Below are positions 38,201 through 50,703 of a DNA stretch of 64,000 nt, one piece after another. Source of the DNA: Utricularia gibba (lineage: Eukaryota; Plantae; Magnoliophyta); assembly GCA_002189035.1 (NCBI GenBank), contig NEEC01000042.1:128885-192884 (forward strand). Direction: 5' to 3'. Made by a program: the position numbers and the translations under genes. Numbering within the stretch: position 1 is the stretch's first letter; every line of letters begins with the position of its first letter. Under the pieces are notes generated by a model. That model was not told the DNA's origin. It made no database searches and worked only from the letters and a program-made list of their open reading frames with translations.

Positions 38201-41200
38201 GGTCAACCGGATGCAAATCGAAGAAAAAAAATGATGCATTTGTTTAAATTACGATATCACGTGCACCCTACATGATTTTTTCGACAACTTACTTTATACA
38301 TGGGGAGGCGGTCTTGGGGGTACCTGGAACCGGAAAATGGTCAGCTTAGGCTTGGGCCGATAGTAAGTTGTAGCCCGGCAAAGAAAGTGATGTATTTATT
38401 ATCGTTCGGTTTTGGGGCTGCCTACATGGTTTTTCAAGGAAAATCTTCTCGTTTTGTGGTGGCTAGTCTCGCTGGGAACTTGTCCTGGACCCCGATTCTG
38501 TATGGCTCATGGGTCAACCGGATGCAAATCGAAGAAAAAAAATGATGCATTTGTTTAAATTACGATATCACGTGCACCCTACATGATTTTTTCGACAACT
38601 TACTTTATACATGGGGAGGCGGTCTTGGGGGGTACCTGGAACTGGAAAATGGTCAGCGTAGGCTTGGGCCGATAGTAAGTTGTAGCCCGACAAAAAAGTA
38701 ATGTATTTATTATCGTTCGGTTTTCGGAAGCTGCCTAAATGCTTTTTGAAAGAACATCTTCTCGTTTTATGGCGGCCAGTCTCGCTGGGAACTTGGTCCT
38801 TGACCCTGGTTCTGTATGGCTCATGGGGTCAACCGGATGCAAATCGATGAAAAAAATGATGCATTTGTTTAAATTGCGATATCACGTGCACCCCACATGA
38901 TTTTTTCAACAACTTACTTTATACTTGAGGAGCGATCTTAGGGTGCACCTCGAACAGGACAAAGGTAAGGTTTGGCTTGCGCCGAGAGTTAGTTGTAGCC
39001 CGACAAATAAAGTGATGTATTTATTATCGTTCGGTTTTCGGGGCTGCCTACATGGTTTTTCAAGGAACCGCTTCTCGTTTTGTGGTGGCCAGTCTCGCTG
39101 GGAACTTGGTCCTTGACCCCGATTCTGTATGGCTCATGAGGTCAACCGGATGCAAATCGAATTAAAAAAAATGATGCATTTGTTTAAATTACGATGTCAC
39201 GTGCACCCACATGATTTTTTTAACACATACTTTATACATGAGGAGGCAGTCTTTGGGTGCATTTGGAACGGGACAAAGGTAAGGTTTTGCGTGCCCGAGA
39301 GTAGTTGTAGCCGGCAAATAAAGTGATGTATTTATTATCGTTCGGTTTTCGGGGCTGCCTACATGGTTTTTCAAGGAACGCTTCTCGTTTTGTGGCGGCC
39401 AGTCTCGCTGGGAACTTGGTCCTGGACCCCGATTCTGTATGGCTCATGGGTCACCGGATGCAAATCGAAGAAAAAAAATGATGCATTTGTTTAAATTACG
39501 ATATCACGTGCACCCTACATGATTTTTTCGACAACTTACTTTATACATGGGGAGGCGGTCTTGGGGGGTACCTGGAACCGGAAAATGGTCAGCTTAGGCT
39601 TGGGCCGATAGTAAGTTGTAGCCCGGCAAAGAAAGTGATGTATTTATTATCGTTCGGTTTTTGGGGGCTGCCTACATGGTTTTTCAAGGAAAATCTTCTC
39701 GTTTTGTGGTGGCTAGTCTCGCTGGGAACTTGTCCTGGACCCCGATTCTGTATGGCTCATGGGTCAACCGGATGCAAATCGAAGAATACAATGATGCATT
39801 TGTTTCAATTACGATATCACGTGCACCCCACATGATTTTTTCGACAACTTACTTTATACATGGGGAGGCGGTCTTGGGGGGTACCTGGAACCGGAAAATG
39901 GTCAGCTTAGGCTTGGGCCGATAGTAAGTTGTAGCCCGGCAAAGAAAGTGATGTATTTATTAACGTTCGGTTTTCGGGGTTGCCTACATGGTTTTTCAAG
40001 GAACATCTTCCGTTTTGTGGTGGCTAGTCTCGCTGGGAACTTTGTCCTGGACCTCGATTCTTTATGTCTTATGAGGTCAACCGGATGCAAATCGATGAAA
40101 AAAATTGATGCATTTGTTTAAATTACGATATCACGTGCACCCTACATGATTTTTTCAACAACTTACTTTATACTTGAGGAGGTGGTCTTGGGGGGCAAGA
40201 GGAACCAGACAACGGTCATATTAGGCTTGGGCCGAAAGTAAGTTGTAGCCCGGCAAAGAAAGTGATGTATTTATTAACGTTCGGTTTTCAGGGTTGCCTA
40301 CATGGTTTTCCAAGGAAAAGCTTTTCGTTTTGTGGCGGCCGCTCTCGCAGGGCACTTGGTCCGGGCCCCTGATTCTTTATGGCTCATGAGGACAAAAGGA
40401 TGCAAATCGATGAAAATAATGATGCATTTGTTTAAATTACGATGTCGCGTGCACCCCAAATGATTTTTTTAACAACATACTTTATACATGAGGAGGCGGT
40501 CTTGGGGGGCACTTGGAACCGGAAAAAGATCAGCTTAGGCTTGGGCCGAAAGTAAGTTGTAGCCCGGCAAAGAAAGTGATGTATTTATTATCGTTCGGTT
40601 TTTGGGGTTGCCTACATGGTTTTTCAAGGAACATCTTCTCGTTTTGTGGTGGCTAGTCTCGCTGGGAACTTGGTCCTTGACCCCGATTCTGTATGGCTCA
40701 TGGGGTCAACCGGATGCAAATCGAAGAAAAAAAATGATGCATTTGTTTAAATTACGATATCACGTGCACCCTACATGATTTTTTCGACAACTTACTTTAT
40801 ACATGGGGAGGCGGTCTTGGGGGGTACCTGGAACCGGAAAATGGTCAGCGTAGGCTTGGGCCGATAGTAAGTTGTAGCCCGACAAATAAAGTAATGTATT
40901 TATTATCGTTCGGTTTTCGGAAGCTGCCTAAATGCTTTTTGAAAGAACATCTTCTTTTATGGCGGCAGTCTCGCTGGGAACTTGGTCCTTGACCCTGGTT
41001 CTGTATGGCCTCATGGGTCAACCGGATGCAAATCGATGAAAAAAAATGATGCATTTGTTTAAATTGCGATATCACGTGCACCCCACATGATTTTTTCAAC
41101 AACTTACTTTATACTTGAGGAGGCGATCTTAGGGTGCACCTCGAACAGGACAAAGGTAAGGTTTGGCTTGCGCCGAGAGTTAGTTGTAGCCCGACAAAGA

Positions 41201-44177
41201 AAGTGATGTATTTATTATCGTTCGGTTTTCGGGGGTTGCCTACATGGTTTTTCAAGGAACATCTTCTCGTTTTGTGGTGGCCAGTCTCGCTGGGAGCTTT
41301 GTCCTTGACCCCGATTCTGTATGCTCATGGGGTCAACCGGATGCAAATCAATGAAAAAAATGATGCATTTGTTTAAATTACGATATCACGTGCACCCCAC
41401 ATGATTTTTTTAACAACATACTTTATACATGAGGAGGCGGTCTTGGGGGTATTTGGAACGGGACAAAGGTAAGCTTTTGGCTGCACCGAGAGTAGTTGTA
41501 GCCCGGCAAAGAAAGTGATGTATTTATTATCGTTCGGTTTTCGGGGTTGCCTACATGGTTTTCCAAGGAACATCTTCTCGTTTTGTGGCAGCCAGTCTCG
41601 CTGGGAACTTGTCCTGGACCCCGATTCTGTATGGCTCATGGGGTCAACCGGATGCAAATCGATGAATACAATGATGCATTTGTTTAAATTACGATATCAC
41701 GTGCACCCTACATGATTTTTTCGACAACTTACTTTATACATGGGGAGGCGGTCTTGGGGTACCTGGAACCGGAAAATGGTCAGCTTAGGCTTGGGCCGAT
41801 AGTAAGTTGTAGCCCGGCAAAGAAAGTGATGTATTTATTATCGTTCGGTTTTTGGGGGCTGCCTACATGGTTTTTCAAGGAAAATCTTCTCGTTTTGTGG
41901 TGGCTAGTCTCGCAGGGAACCTTGTCCTGGACCCCGATTCTGTATGGCTCATGGGGTCAACCGGATGCAAATCGAAGAAAAAAAATGATGCATTTGTTTA
42001 AATTACGATATCACGTGCACCCTACATGATTTTTTCGACAACTTACTTTATACATGGGGAGGCGGTCTTGGGGGGTACCTGGAACCGGAAAATGGTCAGC
42101 GTAGGCTTGGGCCGATAGTAAGTTGTAGCCCGACAAATAAAGTAATGTATTTATTATCGTTCGGTTTTCGGAAGCTGCCTAAATGCTTTTTGAAAGAACA
42201 TCTTCTCGTTTTATGGCGGCCAGTCTCGCTGGGAACTTGGTCCTTGACCCTGGTTCTGTATGGCTCATGGGGTCAACCGGATGCAAATCGATGAAAAAAA
42301 ATGATGCATTTGTTTAAATTGCGATATCACGTGCACCCCACATGATTTTTTCAACAACTTACTTTATACTTGAGGAGGCGATCTTAGGGTGCACCTCGAA
42401 CAGGACAAAGGTAAGGTTTGGCTTGCGCCGAGAGTTAGTTGTAGCCCGACAAATAAAGTGATGTATTTATTATCGTTCGGTTTTCGGGGGCTGCCTACAT
42501 GGTTTTTCAAGGAACCGCTTCTCGTTTTGTGGTGGCCAGTCTCGCTGGGAACTTGGTCCTTGACCCCGATTCTGTATTGCTCATGAGGTCAACCGGATGC
42601 AAATCAATTAAAAAAAATGATGCATTTGTTTAAATTACGATGTCACGTGCACCCCACATGATTTTTTTAACAACATACTTTATACATGAGGAGGCAGTCT
42701 TTGGGTGCATTTGGAACGGGACAAAGGTAAGGTTTTGCGTGCACCGAGAGTTAGTTGTAGCCGGCAAATAAAGTGATGTATTTATTATCGTTCGGTTTTC
42801 GGGGTTGCCTACATGGTTTTCCAAGGAACATCTTCTCGTTTTGTGGCAGCCAGTCTCGCTGGGACTTTGTCCTGGACCCCGATTCTGTATGGCTCATGGG
42901 GTCAAAAGGATGCAAATCGATGAATACAATGATGCATTTGTTTAAATTACGATATCACGTGCACCCTACATGATTTTTTCGACAACTTACTTTATACATG
43001 GGGAGGCGGTCTTGGGGGTACCTGGAACCGGAAAATGGTCAGCTTAGGCTTGGGCCGATAGTAAGTTGTAGCCCGGCAAAGAAAGTGATGTATTTATTAT
43101 CGTTCGGTTTTCGGGGCTGCCTACATGGTTTTTCAAGGAACCGCTTCTCGTTTTGTGGTGGCCAGTCTCGCTGGGAACTTGGTCCTTGACCCGATTCTGT
43201 ATGCTCATGAGGTCAACCGGATGCAAATCAATTAAAAAAAATGATGCATTTGTTTAAATTACGATGTCACGTGCACCCCACATGATTTTTTTAACAACAT
43301 ACTTTATACATGAGGAGGCGTCTTTGGTGCATTTGGAACGGGACAAAGGTAAGGTTTTGCGTGCACGAAAGTAAGTTGTAGCCCGGCAAAGAAAGTGATG
43401 TATTTATTAACGTTCGGTTTTCAGGGTTGCCTACATGGTTTTCCAAGGAAAAGCTTTTCGTTTTGTGGCGGCCGCTCTCGCTGGGCACTTGGTCCGGGCC
43501 CCTGATTCTTTATGGCTCATGAGGACAAAATGATGCAAATCGATGAAAATAATGATGCATTTGTTTAAATTACGATGTCGCGTGCACCCCAAATGATTTT
43601 TTTAACAACATACTTTATACATGAGGAGGCGGTCTTGGGGGCACTTGGAACCGGAAAAAGATCAGCTTAGGCTTGGGCCGAAAGTAAGTTGTAGCCCGGC
43701 AAAGAAAGTGATGTATTTATTATCGTTCGGTTTTTGGGGTTGCCTACATGGTTTTTCAAGGAACATCTTCTCGTTTTGTGGTGGCTAGTTTCGCTGGGAA
43801 CTTGGTCCTTGACCCCGATTCTGTATGGCTCATGGGGTCAACCGGATGCAAATCGAAGAAAAAAAATGATGCATTTGTTTAAATTACGATATCACGTGCA
43901 CCCTACATGATTTTTTCGACAACTTACTTTATACATGGGAGGCGGTCTTGGGGGGTACCTGGAACCGGAAAATGGTCAGCTTAGGCTTGGGCCGATAGTA
44001 AGTTGTAGCCCGGCAAAGAAAGTGATGTATTTATTATCGTTCGGTTTTCGGGGCTTCCTAAATGCTTTTTGAAAGAACATCTTCTCGTTTTATGGCGGCC
44101 AGTCTCGCTGGGAACTTGGTCCTTGACCCTGGTTCTGTATGGCTCATGGGGTGATGAAAAAAAAATGATGCATTTGT

Positions 44178-44930
44178 TTAAATTACGGTATCACGTGCCC
44201 TGGTTATATTCATATTGTGCATTTTGGTGAGGAGAGCAGATTCACCATAAGTTTTCTCAACTTCATTACCATCTCTTAGTTCCAATCTCTTTTCTGTAGA
44301 TTGCAACTCAATCATGATCTCTCTAAATGTTGGCTCTGGTGTAACAGGATATTCAGGATACAGCTGATGGAGCTTTCCTTCAATAATGTCAAGGATTTTT
44401 CTTTCTGTCTCAAGTGCACATAACTTTGGCTCGAATCTTGCAGGTAGGCTCATGATTGCCTTGCTAATCACCTTTTGATCCTCAAGTTTTTCCCCAATCC
44501 TCGAATCTCCTTCACAAGCTTCGCAGTACGTTCATAATAGACTTGTATGGTTTCATTGTCTAACATTTTGTTCCTCTCAAAGTCCTCCAGCTTGTTTTTG
44601 CATAATATCTCTCTGAGTTTGGCATCGCCTTCATAATGGGATTTGAGAGTATCCCATATTTCTTTTGCTGATTGACACTCTGCAATATCATCAAATAGAT
44701 GTTCAGAGATGGCTTGATACAAGGCATCCATTGCTTCATCTTTTCTCTGTTGAAGATACTCAGCTTCCTTGCTGTTCTGATGTGGATTTGCTTGTTATTG
44801 TAATAGCCGGAATCTCCCTTTCAACAACATCCCAAATCTTTCTGACCCGAAGGTAGCTGCGCATCTTTTTGACCCAGCTTCCATACTCTGAACCATCAAA
44901 TATTGGAGGTCCTCTACCAGATGCCATCAT
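44178..44930 (-). pseudogene. gag: Copia gag, copy 2, two frameshifting deletions (possibly sequencing errors)
   Basis: C-run at 44492-44495 is one base short and 2 bp are missing near 44768; split into 87-aa and 97-aa ORFs. Confidence 0.7.
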
Positions 44931-45036
44931 AGCCACCGCTTGACAAGCTTTGGGTTGATACTTGGTAATCTACCAAGTAAAAAACGCTGAACGGTATATA
45001 AAATACTGAAACGAACACAGGTTTGAGAACCTTACT

Positions 45037-45048
45037 GCTCTGATACCA
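45037..45048 (-). other. tRNA-iMet PBS, copy 2
   Basis: TGGTATCAGAGC adjacent to LTR end. Confidence 0.93.
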
Positions 45049-45373
45049 TGTTGTTGCAAGAAAAATAGAGTCTTGGGAAGTAACAAAAAGGTAATGCTTA
45101 TGAGATCACCTTGGATGAAAAACGACTCATGAACAATAAGAATGACCGAAAACCTAATTGACATGCATTTCTAGTAGGGCTTATATATACCAAATACCTA
45201 GGTTACCCAACAGTGGGCCACAATCATTGAAAACACACAAAAAGCCCAACAACTCGAATCCAACACTTCCATGCTCGAACCCAACACCTTTTTTTATCTG
45301 AAATATGACATTATGACACAAGTTTAGTTCTTCCAATCACCTTCAAGCTTTGGATTGAGGCTGATCTCCAACA
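45049..45373 (-). repeat. 5' LTR (325 bp), copy 2
   Basis: As copy 1. Confidence 0.9.
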
Positions 45374-48300
45374 CTTGGTCCGAGCCCCTGATTCTTTATG
45401 GCTCATGAGGACAAAAGGATGCAAATCGATGAATACAATGATGCAATTGTTTAAATTACGATATCACGTGCACCCTACATGATTTTTTCAACAACTTACT
45501 TTATACTTGAGGAGGTGGTCTTGGGGGGCAAGAGGAACCGGACAAAGGTCAGCTTATGCTTGGGTCGAAAGTAAGTTGTAGCCTGACAAAGAAAGTGATC
45601 TATTTATTAACGTTCGGTTTTCGGGGCTACCTACATGGTTTTTCAAGGAACCGCTTCTCGTTTTGTGGCGGCCAGTCTCGCTGGGAACTTGGTCCTTTAC
45701 CCCGATTCTGTATGGCTCATGAGGTCAACCGAATGCAAATCGATTAAAAAAAATGATGCATTTGTTTAAATTGCGATATGACGTGCACCCCACATGATTT
45801 TTTTCAACAACTTTCTTTATACTTGGGGAGGCGGTCTTGGGTGCACCTGGAACGGGACAAAGGTCAGCTTAGGCTTGGGCAGAAAGTAAGTTGTAGCCCG
45901 GCAAATAAAGTGATAAATTTATATCGTTCGGTTTTCGGGGCTACCTACATGGTTTTTCAAGGAACCGCTTCTCGTTTTGTGGCGGCCAGTCTCGCTGGGA
46001 ACTTGGTCTTTGACCCCGATTCTGTATGGCTCATGAGGTCAACCGGATGCAAATCGATTAAAAAAAATGATGCATTTGTTTAAATTGCGATATGACGTGC
46101 ACCCCACATGATTTTTTTCAACAACTTACTTTATACTTGAGGAGGCGGTCTTGGGGTGCACCTGGAACGGGACAAAGGTCAGCTTAGGCTTGGGCAGAAA
46201 GTAAGTTGTAGCCCGGCAAAGAAAGTGATGTATTTATTATCGTTCGGTTTTTGGGGCTGCCTACATGGTTTTCCAAGGAACATCTTCTCGTTTTGTGGCA
46301 GCCAGTCTCGCTGGGAGCTTTGTCCTGGACCCGATTCTGTATGGCTCATGGGGTCAAAAGGATGCAAATCGATGAATACAATGATGCATTTGTTTAAATT
46401 ACGATATCACGTGCACCCTACATGATTTTTTCAACAACTTACTTTATACATGGGGAGGCGGTCTTGGGGGGTACCTGGAACCGGAAAATGGTCAGCTTAG
46501 GCTTGGGCCGATAGTAAGTTGTAGCCCGGCAAAGAAAGTGATGTATTTATTATCGTTCGGTTTTTGGGGGCTGCCTACATGGTTTTTCAAGGAAAATCTT
46601 CTCGTTTTGTGGTGGCTAGTCTCGCAGGGAACTTGTCCTGACCCCGATTCTGTATGGCTCATGGGGTCAACCGGATGCAAATCGAAGAAAAAAAATGATG
46701 CATTTGTTTAAATTACGATATCACGTGCACCCTACATGATTTTTTTCGACAACTTACTTTATACATGGGGAGGCGGTCTTGGGGGTACCTGGAACTGGAA
46801 AATGGTCAGCGTAGGCTTGGGCCGATAGTAAGTTGTAGCCCGACAAATAAAGTAATGTATTTATTATCGTTCGGTTTTCGGAAGCTGCCTAAATGCTTTT
46901 TGAAAGAACATCTTCTCGTTTTATGGCGGCCAGTCTCGCTGGGAACTTGGTCCTTGACCCTTCTGTATGGCTCATGGGGTCAACCGGATGCAAATCGATG
47001 AAAAAAAATGATGCATTTGTTTAAATTGCGATATCACGTGCACCCCACATGATTTTTTCAACAACTTACTTTATACTTGAGGAGGCGATCTTAGGGTGCA
47101 CCTCGAACAGGACAAAGGTAAGGTTTGGCTTGCGCCGAGAGTTAGTTGTAGCCCGACAAATAAAGTGATGTATTTATTATCGTTCGGTTTTCGGGGCTGC
47201 CTACATGGTTTTTCAAGGAACCGCTTCTCGTTTTGTGGGCCAGTCTCGCTGGGAACTTGGTCCTTGACCCCGATTCTGTATTGCTCATGAGGTCAACCGG
47301 ATGCAAATCAATTAAAAAAAATGATGCATTTGTTTAAATTACGATGTCACGTGCACCCCACATGATTTTTTTAACAACATACTTTATACATGAGGAGGCA
47401 GTCTTTGAGTGCATTTGGAACGGGACAAAGGTAAGGTTTTGCGTGCACCGAAAGTAAGTTGTAGCCCGGCAAAGAAAGTGATGTATTTATTAACGTTCGG
47501 TTTTCAGGGTTGCCTACATGGTTTTCCAAGGAAAAGCTTTTCGTTTTGTGGCGGCCGCTCTCGCTGGGCACTTGGTCCGGGCCCCTGATTCTTTATGGCT
47601 CATGAGGACAAAATGATGCAAATCGATGAAAATAATGATGCATTTGTTTAAATTACGATGTCGCGTGCACCCCAAATGATTTTTTTAACAACATACTTTA
47701 TACATGAGGAGGCGGTCTTGGGGGGCACTTGGAACCGGAAAAAGATCAGCTTAGGCTTGGGCCGAAAGTAAGTTGTAGCCCGGCAAAGAAAGTGATGTAT
47801 TTATTATCGTTCGGTTTTTGGGGTTGCCTACATGGTTTTTCAAGGAACATCTTCTCGTTTTGTGGCTAGTTTCGCTGGGAACTTGGTCCTTGACCCCGAT
47901 TCTGTATGGCTCATGGGGTCAACCGGATGCAAATCGAAGAAAAAAAATGATGCATTTGTTTAAATTACGATATCACGTGCACCCTACATGATTTTTTCGA
48001 CAACTTACTTTATACATGGGGAGGCGGTCTTGGGGGTACCTGGAACCGGAAAATGGTCAGCTTAGGCTTGGGCCGATAGTAAGTTGTAGCCCGGCAAAGA
48101 AAGGGATGTATTTATTATCGTTCGGTTTTGGGGGCTGCCTACATGGTTTTTCAAGGAAAATCTTCTCGTTTTGTGGTGGCTAGTCTCGCAGGGAACTTGT
48201 CCTCGACCCCGATTCTGTATGGCTCATGGGGTCAACCGGATGCAAATCGAAGAAAAAAAATGATGCATTTGTTTAAATTACGATATCACGTGCACCCTAC

Positions 48301-49850
48301 ATGATTTTTTCGACAACTTACTTTATACATGGGGAGGCGGTCTTGGGGGGTACCTGGAACTGGAAAATGGTCAGCGTAGGCTTGGGCCGATAGTAAGTTG
48401 TAGCCCGACAAATAAAGTAATGTATTTATTATCGTTCGGTTTTCGGAAGCTGCCTAAATGCTTTTTGAAAGAACATCTTCTCGTTTTATGGCGGCCAGTC
48501 TCGCTGGGAACTTGGTCCTTGACCCTGGTTCTGTATGGCTCATGGGTCAACCGGATGCAAATCGATGAAAAAAAATGATGCATTTGTTTAAATTGCGATA
48601 TCACGTGCACCCCACATGATTTTTTCAACAACTTACTTTATACTTGAGGAGGCGATCTTAGGGTGCACCTCGAACAGGACAAAGGTAAGGTTTGGCTTGC
48701 GCCGAGAGTTAGTTGTAGCCCGACAAATAAAGTGATGTATTTATTATCGTTCGGTTTTCGGGGGCTGCCTACATGGTTTTTCAAGGAACCGCTTCTCGTT
48801 TTGTGGTGGCCAGTCTCGCTGGGAACTTGGTCCTTGACCCCGATTCTGTATTGCTCATGAGGTCAACCGGATGCAAATCAATTAAAAAAAATGATGCATT
48901 TGTTTAAATTACGATGTCACGTGCACCCCACATGATTTTTTTAACAACATACTTTATACATGAGGAGGCAGTCTTTGAGTGCATTTGGAACGGGACAAAG
49001 GTAAGGTTTTGCGTGCACCGAAAGTAAGTTGTAGCCCGGCAAAGAAAGTGATGTATTTATTAACGTTCGGTTTTCAGGGTTGCCTACATGGTTTTCCAAG
49101 GAAAAGCTTTTCGTTTTGTGGCGGCCGCTCTCGCTGGGCACTTGGTCCGGGCCCCTGATTCTTTATGGCTCATGAGGACAAAATGATGCAAATCGATGAA
49201 AATAATGATGCATTTGTTTAAATTACGATGTCGCGTGCACCCCAAATGATTTTTTTAACAACATACTTTATACATGAGGAGGCGGTCTTGGGGGCACTTG
49301 GAACCGGAAAAAGATCAGCTTAGGCTTGGGCCGAAAGTAAGTTGTAGCCCGGCAAAGAAAGTGATGTATTTATTATCGTTCGGTTTTTGGGGTTGCCTAC
49401 ATGGTTTTTCAAGGAACATCTTCTCGTTTTGTGGTGGCTAGTTTCGCTGGGAACTTGGTCCTTGACCCCGATTCTGTATGGCTCATGGGGTCAACCGGAT
49501 GCAAATCGAAGAAAAAAATGATGCATTTGTTTAAATTACGATATCACGTGCACCCTACATGATTTTTTCGACAACTTACTTTATACATGGGGAGGCGGTC
49601 TTGGGGGGTACCTGGAACCGGAAAATGGTCAGCTTAGGCTTGGGCCGATAGTAAGTTGTAGCCCGGCAAAGAAAGTGATGTATTTATTATCGTTCGGTTT
49701 ACGGGGCTTCCTAAATGCTTTTTGAAAGAACATCTTCTCGTTTTATGGCGGCCAGTCTCGCTGGGAACTTGGTCCTTGACCCTGGTTCTGTATGGCTCAT
49801 GGGGTGATGAAAAAAAATGATGCATTTGTTTAAATTACGGTATCACGTGC
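45374..49850. repeat. Satellite block between copia fragments 2 and 3 (~14 monomers; order H-G-G-D-E-C-F/A-B-D-E-C-F/A-B-D/E)
   Basis: Same monomer landmarks; internal 5-mer period of 1567 bp (C-type ORF starts 47096 and 48663). Confidence 0.93.
49683..49688 (-). terminator. Candidate polyadenylation signal AATAAA supplied by satellite, ~140 nt past the gag stop (copy 3; equivalent site at each full copy)
   Basis: Plus-strand TTTATT within GTATTTATTA is AATAAA on the minus strand; present in essentially every monomer. Use in vivo not shown. Confidence 0.3.
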
Positions 49851-50585
49851 CCTGGTTATATTCATATTGTGCATTTTGGTGAGGAGAGCAGATTCACCAT
49901 AAGTTTTCTCAACTTCATTACCATCTCTTAGTTCCAATCTCTTTTCTGTAGATTGCAACTCAATCATGATCTCTCTAAATGTTGGCTCTGGTGTAACAGG
50001 ATATTCAGGATACAGCTGATGGAGCTTTCCTTCAATAATGTCAAGGATTTTTCTTTCTGTCTCAAGTGCACATAACTTTGGCTCGAATCTTGCAGGTAGG
50101 CTCATGATTGCCTTGCTAATCACCTTTTGATCCTCAAGTTTTTCCCCCAATCCTCGAATCTCCTTCACAAGCTTCGCAGTACGTTCATAATAGACTTGTA
50201 TGGTTTCATTGTCTAACATTTTGTTCCTCTCAAAGTCCTCCAGCTTGTTTTTGCATAATATCTCTCTGAGTTTGGCATCGCCTTCATAATGGGATTTGAG
50301 AGTATCCCATATTTCTTTTGCTGATTGACACTCTGCAATATCATCAAATAGATGTTCAGAGATGGCTTGATACAAGGCATCCATTGCTTCATCTTTTCTC
50401 TGTTGAAGATACTCAGCTTCCTCTTGCTGTTCTGATGTGGATTTGCTTGTTATTGTAATAGCCGGAATCTCCCTTTCAACAACATCCCAAATCTTTCTGA
50501 CCCGAAGGTAGCTGCGCATCTTTTTGACCCAGCTTCCATACTCTGAACCATCAAATATTGGAGGTCCTCTACCAGATGCCATCAT
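49830..50585 (-). CDS. gag: C-terminally truncated Ty1/copia Gag (251 aa from first ATG), open frame, copy 3
   Basis: N-terminal PPIFDGSEYGSWVKKMRSYLRVRKIWDVVE resembles the copia gag N-terminal motif (DUF4219-like); AKEIWDTLKSHYEG...ETIQVYYER...KVISKAIMSLPARFEP resembles Retrotran_gag_2/UBN2. The ORF track starts 2 codons earlier at a GTG. Stop codon lies in satellite DNA; no CX2CX4HX4C knuckle. Confidence 0.85.
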   Translation of the reverse strand: MMASGRGPPIFDGSEYGSWVKKMRSYLRVRKIWDVVEREIPAITITSKSTSEQQEEAEYLQQRKDEAMDALYQAISEHLFDDIAECQSAKEIWDTLKSHYEGDAKLREILCKNKLEDFERNKMLDNETIQVYYERTAKLVKEIRGLGEKLEDQKVISKAIMSLPARFEPKLCALETERKILDIIEGKLHQLYPEYPVTPEPTFREIMIELQSTEKRLELRDGNEVEKTYGESALLTKMHNMNITRARDTVI

Positions 50586-50691
50586 AGCCACCGCTTGACA
50601 AGCTTTGGGTTGATACTTGGTAATCTACCAAGTAAAAAACGCTGAACGGTATATAAAATACTGAAACGAACACAGGTTTGAGAACCTTACT

Positions 50692-50703
50692 GCTCTGATA
50701 CCA
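50692..50703 (-). other. tRNA-iMet PBS, copy 3
   Basis: TGGTATCAGAGC adjacent to LTR end. Confidence 0.93.

Larger units (their letters stand above)
948..44198. repeat. Uninterrupted tandem satellite array, ~314 bp monomer (~139 monomers, head-to-tail)
   Basis: Landmark motifs (CATGATTTTTTC..ACAAC, GTAAGTTGTAGCCC, GATATCACGTGCACCC) recur every ~306-316 bp in one orientation; no unique sequence between them. Confidence 0.98.
44199..45373 (-). mobile_element. Truncated Ty1/copia fragment, copy 2
   Basis: LTR 45049..45373, PBS 45037..45048, gag; left junction TCACGTGC|CCTGG, right junction CTCCAACA|CTTGG; no pol, no second LTR. Confidence 0.94.

Noticed and set aside
948-44198. CRISPR array
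   Set aside because: Repeats are contiguous ~314 bp units with no unique spacers, no cas genes, and the context is a plant genome.
948-44198. 5S rDNA array (unit size is similar)
   Set aside because: No collinear 120-nt 5S gene; only a short motif resemblance, listed as a low-interest finding.
44199-45373. Intact element, solo LTR, TRIM, or independent insertions
   Set aside because: Only one LTR per copy with PBS and gag attached, no polypurine tract or 3' LTR, no target-site duplication, and the same junctions in all copies.
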